From NCBI GenBank assembly GCA_021432655.1, contig MU271334.1:62001-87688 (forward strand): DNA of 25,688 bases, in the 5' to 3' direction. The translations under genes were made by a program, and so were the position numbers. This DNA comes from Atractiella rhizophila. Lineage: Eukaryota. Positions 19,775 to 25,688 of the stretch are shown here, one piece after another. The notes below the pieces were generated by a model. The model saw nothing but the letters and a program-made list of their open reading frames with translations, was not told the DNA's origin and did not search any database. How positions within the stretch are numbered: position 1 is the first letter of the stretch; each line of letters begins with the position of its first letter.

Positions 19775-21053
19775 GATGACATCTTTGCCCTCATCCTTGG
19801 AATATTGGACCGAGTGGAAGCCTTTGTCAACAAGTGCAACTCTTTGAACCCCACAATACCATCAGATACGCTAGGGCATGCTCAAGTGTCAAAGAATTTG
19901 ACAAGATGATCTCACTCTTCACAGTATGCCTCCAATGCAGAGGATACCGCTCAAGCTCATAAGGTCACAACTATCTATGGTCAGGCACAAAGATCGCCGG
20001 CACTATCTAGAAGAGAAGGAGAATAAGAAAGATATCCTCCCACTCCTCTTCAAAGTGGAGTCAAACCCATTCCCAGCAAGGGACAGGATTCACCCCCCAC
20101 TTCGACTTCATGCATTCATGCACCAAGCACAAAGAAAGCTCATTTCAGCCTTTAAAAGTGGGGAGAATCGAGGGGAAATAAACAACTCATAGTTAGATCA
20201 AGTTACGTTGTGCCAACTTTCATCCATGACTGGTATTTCCGAACATAACCCTCTTCCCGTACACGTACACGGTCACTCAGGAGTCAGGCGCAGGCCGTTA
20301 TGAAGCTCGTCCAGCAATCATAGCCTCTTTCACCGTAACAAATATCTATGTCTAACAGACGCAAACTTACCTGAGCCGCTAGCATTCATTTTCTTCCAAC
20401 TCACGACCTTATCCTCCCCTTTGGTGGCATGGCATGCATGCAATGTCATTCTGCACAATTGCCAGAGTGTGCGGTGTTTTGCAAACTCTCATGATAGTTT
20501 CACGTAGAGTTTCACGCATTCGAGGTTCACCAAATATTTCACAGCTTTTCTTCAACAGAAAATGTGAATAGTCGACGACCTGCTACCTAGCACGTCCTGA
20601 GGTACTTGATACGGCGTAGAGAGGAGTGAAATATTTTATTTGGCGCGTACAGAGTAATAGAACCGGTGGTGAGAGGTCAGTCCATTTTTTTGCACAAAGA
20701 ATGGGAATGTCCTGTAGGAGAATGAAGATGCAAGAATCTCTTTCTTTAGCGACCCCTTAGTCCCGGTTGAGGGCTCGCTCATTTGTTTGTTTCAAGTGAA
20801 TTGAAGCAGATGTTTTGGTTTGCCATGCTCATGCGCTTTGAAGCAAACTTAGCTTTCTTTCGCAACTTGTTGGGAAACTCCTTGAACAATAACAGCCATA
20901 ATATGCCTTCGAATCAAATTGATGAGACATGCTAAATATGAGTTCCAGACATTCTTGTGCGGAGAGGAGGTTTATCGTTTCCCAACTCCTCAATGTTTAC
21001 TTTCGCAATGTTCCGCGACTGAACTGCTCTAAACAGCGGCTTCCCCATTCACG

Positions 21054-21878
21054 ATGCCCGTACGACCACCCCTTCCCATCTCGCGACGATTTCTATCCTC
21101 GCCTCCACCAACAATGCACCGACCAGCGCTTTCGTCCCTCCTTCGGTTAGTCAACAATTCCTACGCAACGGCATCCACGTCTCCTTTGGTTCCACGAGAT
21201 CAGCATCGCTACATCATTCACGTCCGGTGTCACAAGCACAATACTCATTTTACCCTCTCCTACCTCGATTCTCACCCTACTGGTGTTCCACTCGAACGAG
21301 CAGCGAAAGCTGGAGGCATCCTGAAGGAGCGGGAAAGCACGGCTCCTGTTTCAGAGAAAGAGGCAGAATGGGCATTGGCGAATCCGTACGGTGTGCGGCA
21401 GCCTTATTCCAAGGTCGTGATTGCGATGACTCCTGGAAACCTGGGATTTAAAAAAGCACAGCGAAAGTCCCCAGAGGCTGTCACCATGGCCTTTCTTCGA
21501 TTTATCTCCCTTATAAACCACCACCTCATCCTTCGAGGACGCGCACCTCGGACTGCACTTCCCTCACACATGCTTACACCCGCAACAGAGGATGGAGATG
21601 AAGAGGGTTCATCGTCGTACCGCAAACACTTGCCCGCTCCCAGCCTTGATCCAACTTCCGTATACAGCAAACGAATGGCTCTTTGGCCTGAACCGACCGA
21701 CATCCACTTCTATCTTGGCGGTAACCCGATTGGAGGGTCGGGACGGAATGTAGTCATTGAGTTATTGACGACGTCGAAAGAGGCGGATAGGCTCAGGAAG
21801 AAGATCACCGTGGTTGGAGATAATACCAAAGTCCCACTGATCGGAGTGCGACCAAAGAAAAAGCGACGGCTGCAGTGA
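21054..21878 (+). CDS. Mitochondrial small-subunit ribosomal protein uS11m, intronless, with lineage-specific insertions
   Basis: Arg/Ser/Pro-rich presequence-like N-terminus; IIHVRCHKHNTHFTL, TPGNLGFKKAQRKSPEA, ITVVGDNTKVPLIGVRPKKKRRL match the S11 pattern. Confidence 0.85.
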   Translation: MPVRPPLPISRRFLSSPPPTMHRPALSSLLRLVNNSYATASTSPLVPRDQHRYIIHVRCHKHNTHFTLSYLDSHPTGVPLERAAKAGGILKERESTAPVSEKEAEWALANPYGVRQPYSKVVIAMTPGNLGFKKAQRKSPEAVTMAFLRFISLINHHLILRGRAPRTALPSHMLTPATEDGDEEGSSSYRKHLPAPSLDPTSVYSKRMALWPEPTDIHFYLGGNPIGGSGRNVVIELLTTSKEADRLRKKITVVGDNTKVPLIGVRPKKKRRLQ

Positions 21879-21991
21879 TCCCAAAAGTACTACCATGGTA
21901 TATTTGCGTATATTGTACACAGTTATCTAGTTGGAAATGCAGTCCATCTTTCTTTACCTCTCTGCAGCGTTATCTAACTCCCTCCTGAACG

Positions 21992-24198
21992 TCAGCCCAA
22001 GTCTCCTCTCTTTCTACTTTGCCCTACATCCTTTATTTGTTCTGCCCTCACCTTGCCACAGCTGTTGCCGTCATTTCCATTTGCATCGAGTTCATCACCA
22101 ACACCGATGATCTTAAGGAAATACTTAGTAGGCAACCATTCTTGCAAAAAGACTGTGGACTCAGCGTACTCATCAATGCAAAACTTCAGGTTGGCGATAT
22201 GTTCAGTCATTTTAACTGCTGGTCCGGTGCAACACTTGACATCGAAGGGTAGTCAGGGATTTGAGGGATTTGAGTTGTTGATACTGTCGAAGACGCATAG
22301 GTGTTTGGCTACAATGTTCAGAACATTCCACCACGATAAATATATTGTACCACCTTACTCAGCCAGAAATGGCGTACATCTTTCTTTACACCATTTTTAC
22401 TTCCGTTATCCTTCGTCCCCACCAACTGTCCTTCCAACCCTCCACCGTTTCGAGGTCAGTTTCCCACCCACCTACTCCCATCCACTCGTTTTGTTTAGCA
22501 TCGTCGTCCAATCTCCCTCTGGTGCTTTCAAAAGTTAGCAGCTTGTTCTCCTCCCAAATGTTGGTAGTCGCGATTCGCTGACGAATCGTATGTTCGTCCG
22601 GCTTCTCTAACAAACTTCCACAATACTCGACGACCCGTTCCACATCTTTTCGTTCCCGACTTTGGGGATCCTTTTGAAAGACTTGAGCTGGGTCCCGCAA
22701 AAAGGCAGAACTGTGCTTCCATATCGAATGACGTCGCTCGTAATTGGGTAGCTGCCGTTCACATTCCAGCAGGAGGATTTGCCGGGCTAAAGGAATAAAA
22801 GAGAGATGGTAGACATATTCGAAAAAGACTGTCAATGGGTTAGTGCGTGTCGCCTGCAGGGAAGGAAAGCGTGCGTGGCCAAGTCCGTTGTGTTTGCAGC
22901 ACCGTTTCAATCGTCACTCTCTCCCGCCGTGGATCGGTTGGAGCGTTGTGGAACCATATCCAGCTTTACCAGCGATCAGTTACAGATCATAGCCAAAGAG
23001 GACGGTATTCACATCAGAGTGTTCCGCAACATTTCGAGCGATGGTAGCGGCTCCAATTTCCACCATTGCTCACTGTTCGCACCATCACAACGGTAAGGGA
23101 GATATGATGAGAAACACTTACACAAGCTTCGCACCATGTTGATGGCTCCATACGGCGAATCCTCTCTTTTCTTTCTTCAGGTCATTGATACGAGGCAACT
23201 CGTCCTGTGACTTGCCGTGGAAGAAGGTAATCGATTTCTCAAGACCTTGATTTGCGTTCGCTGTTACAGACGAGATCAGGGGATGTTGTATGAAGGCTAA
23301 AACGTACGAATGTAACGCAGAATGCCACCAAAACGCCTTCGTGTCAATTCGGGCTTAGAAAAGAAGCCAGACAGATCACTGGGAACTCGAAGCAGATCAA
23401 AGTCTTTGGTTTCAGATTCGTCCAATGTGCAATACTCTGGACCGACAATAAATTTTCGCACTTGATCCATCATTGTTTCAAGTCTGCTGTAACAGTAAGA
23501 TGGGAAATCAGTGATAAAGGATGTACCCTTCCCATGACCAATAGGAACTAGAAGGCAGGTTAGGACCTGATGTGATGTTTACACTCAACCGTGAGATGAG
23601 CTCCTTATTTGCGTTCCTCTGAGAAATTCTTCCAGTGATTGTGATGGATGGAATCCCCTCCTTTGGGACTGAATGGTTGGCACGCTCCTTGTTCTGTATA
23701 ACGCTCTGCTCTCGTTTTGTTTGAGGTGCTGGTTTGGTGTTTATTTTCATTTTCCCAGCTTCGACTGGACCTGGTTCCTCCCCCTGACCCAAACTTGTGG
23801 TTCGCGGTGACTTCAACTCTCTCCGATGCCTTTTCGAGGGTCGCTCTGCGTCCTGCTCTTGAAATTGAGCGTCCCGTCGCTTCTTACGTTCGACTAAATG
23901 AGCAGGCTCAGCTTCCGGTCCTGAACCGCTCGTTTCTGCGAATCGCTAATGTCAGCGGGCTTAGATAGGATGATAAAGGATTGGGCTCGCCAGCATCTCC
24001 TGCCACATCGTTACTTCCTTCACCATCATCTGTTGCGTCTTGCGCTTTAGCTTCCCGCAACCGTCTCTGCCTCTCCAGGAAGTCCTTTTGAAATGTGCTG
24101 AGCGTATTCTCCAGTCGATCCTGCCAGGATGTTGTCGATTCTGGGCTGAATCGTAATCTATCGATTATCGGTTTTGTCTCCTCCGCGTCAGAATCCAT
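21992..24198 (-). CDS. Hypothetical multi-exon protein (start and last exons uncertain)
   Basis: Successive minus-strand ORFs joined by short introns give a continuous translation (MDSDAEETKP...RLETMMDQVRKF...EQWWKLEPLP...FFEYVYHLSF...). No family recognised. Confidence 0.6.
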
Positions 24199-24996
24199 CA
24201 GGCTGTAAAGAAAAGTCGAAAGCACAATTAGCTGTCCATACATACGCTGAAGACAGACCAGATGTACATATTCGCTGGTCAACATTCAAAAAAGACGGGA
24301 GTCTGTTGCAGTGGGATAATAAGACAAGACAACTAAAATCGAAGTCCAACCCATCCTACATTCATATCACGCTGCCATTTCACTGCTTTGATTTACGCCT
24401 TACTGGTCACGTGATCCATGAATCTCAAGGCTTCTCGTCACCCAATAATATTGGACACAACTATGAATGTTGAGCCAAGGTCCTGTCTGCTCTATATCAT
24501 GAGCAGGGCGTTGAACATTATACCAACTCTTCGAAAGAAATCTGGATATGAAGATGAACAGCACACCTGTGCTTCCCCCGTAATACTACTACTAGTAGAC
24601 GGTCTGTGACGATGTCGAATTTCTACTTAATCCACCAACATCTCCACTTCAGAGTGAGCGCGTCAATAAAACAACGAAAACATGGACGTCGCGTCGGTTG
24701 AGCACGCATGGTCGCCATTTTCCTAGAAGGGGAGGAGCCGACCATGATTGTGCATTTGGCGGATGAACTTCCATTCATTCAGGGTCCCAATGAGGCAGCC
24801 GTCGAAGTGCAGACGTGCTGAGCTAGGGACAGGTTCAACACTAGGAAGACCGAGAAAGAGTGATATGTGAGCCATACTCCTTCAAGTTGGCTATAGAACT
24901 GTAAATAGAACTGAGCATTCATAGACTGCTACCCTTGTGTACTAATTGATCACACAATTTACAATCCTGATACAATCTGTATCAACTCTGGACGCA

Positions 24997-25688
24997 ATGA
25001 CAGCTTGCGTTGGATTTGGCGCTCTCCCGATCGAGTTGCAGCTCCACATCCTGCCTTTCTGCACGGGGAGCCAGAAGACCCTCTCCCTCATCTGCCGGCC
25101 CATCCGTTCTCTCGTCCTCCCTATCCTTTTCTCGACTCTGTCCCTCTCCCGCTTCCGCAATCCGGACGGGGACCTTTCCACCTTCCTCTCCTTCCCTCCT
25201 CACCTGGGCGCACACGTGCGGAACCTCAAACTGTGCATCGGGGATGTTTGGGACGGGTCTCAGATGGCGGAAATGTTGAAGGCCGTTTTGCTTTGGGATT
25301 GGAGGATGGAGGTTGAAGGGGTAGAGGTTTGGATGGAACAGGGCTCATTGAATTGGCAGGCGGTCGCGGCCTTTTCTCGTCCTCTCTGCGCCGCCATCAC
25401 CGCACTCCAACCGAAACAGTTGCGGCTGGAGATCGGGTCTCGCTTGGATGGGTTCCTCTTCCGTAAGGAGTGCACGGTGTGGAACACCGACCTTTTGGCT
25501 TGTTCGTACCTCCATCTCACCCATCTACACCTCGCCATTGCCTTCTTCGCGCACGATGTCTTCGAGTCCCTCAAATTCCTCCACCTCCAGTCCCTCACGA
25601 TCGCACTCTTCCGCTCCTTCAGCTCCCTGCGAGGTTATTATGGCCCATCCCCCGATCCCGCCTGCTATCCTTCCCACATCAAGCATCT
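24997..25688 (+). CDS. F-box-like protein with Leu-rich repeats-like body, truncated by the window edge
   Basis: Frame open from ATG 24997 to the end of the window; FGALPIELQLHILPFC...LSLICRPIRSLVLPILFSTL, then HVRNLKL, LTHLHL and LQSLTI repeats. Confidence 0.7.
   Translation, partial: MTACVGFGALPIELQLHILPFCTGSQKTLSLICRPIRSLVLPILFSTLSLSRFRNPDGDLSTFLSFPPHLGAHVRNLKLCIGDVWDGSQMAEMLKAVLLWDWRMEVEGVEVWMEQGSLNWQAVAAFSRPLCAAITALQPKQLRLEIGSRLDGFLFRKECTVWNTDLLACSYLHLTHLHLAIAFFAHDVFESLKFLHLQSLTIALFRSFSSLRGYYGPSPDPACYPSHIKH

Larger units (their letters stand above)
10400..20200 (+). pseudogene. Decayed multi-exon gene or transposon gene interrupted by four LTR insertions (boundaries approximate)
   Basis: Intron-like segments at 11294-11340, 11977-12031 and 18793-18842; frames rejoin when insertions and one TSD copy are removed (CYKLPHLCAKKWE across solo LTR A, GPLAGFDFLKDG across the copia, FLDDIFALILG across solo LTR C); scattered stops and frameshifts. 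Confidence 0.45.

Noticed and set aside
20490..20640. Short TTTCAC repeats and an 11-bp inverted repeat (20532-20542 / 20626-20636)
   Set aside because: Short, AT-rich, no TSD or partner end; compatible with chance.
22829..22874. GC-AG intron in the minus-strand hypothetical gene
   Set aside because: A nearby GT-AG alternative also restores the frame; cannot be decided without RNA data.

Overview
Eukaryotic, intron-rich fungal DNA (short ~40-60 nt GT-AG introns, basidiomycete-like). The left part holds ordinary genes: a partial unknown gene, a secreted BBE-like FAD oxidoreductase, an ExoIII/APE1-type AP endonuclease, SEN2, XAP5/FAM50 and an orphan gene. The right part holds mitochondrial ribosomal protein uS11m, an unknown multi-exon gene and the start of an F-box-like gene. 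The centre (~10.4-20.2 kb) is a decayed spliced gene hit by four LTR insertions: an intact, young Ty1/copia element (12049-18642, TSD CGCTG) and three solo LTRs (11523-11935, 18948-19426, 19579-19774), each with a 5-bp TSD. Main observation: all five LTRs, from three families with no visible sequence similarity, share one architecture: TATA-like box, hairpin, block X ending in CAG, then a GT...AG intron-like unit whose 3' part is an exact second copy of X. I propose (inference, untested) that this lets a retrotransposon carry a spliceosomal intron and regenerate it during minus-strand transfer.
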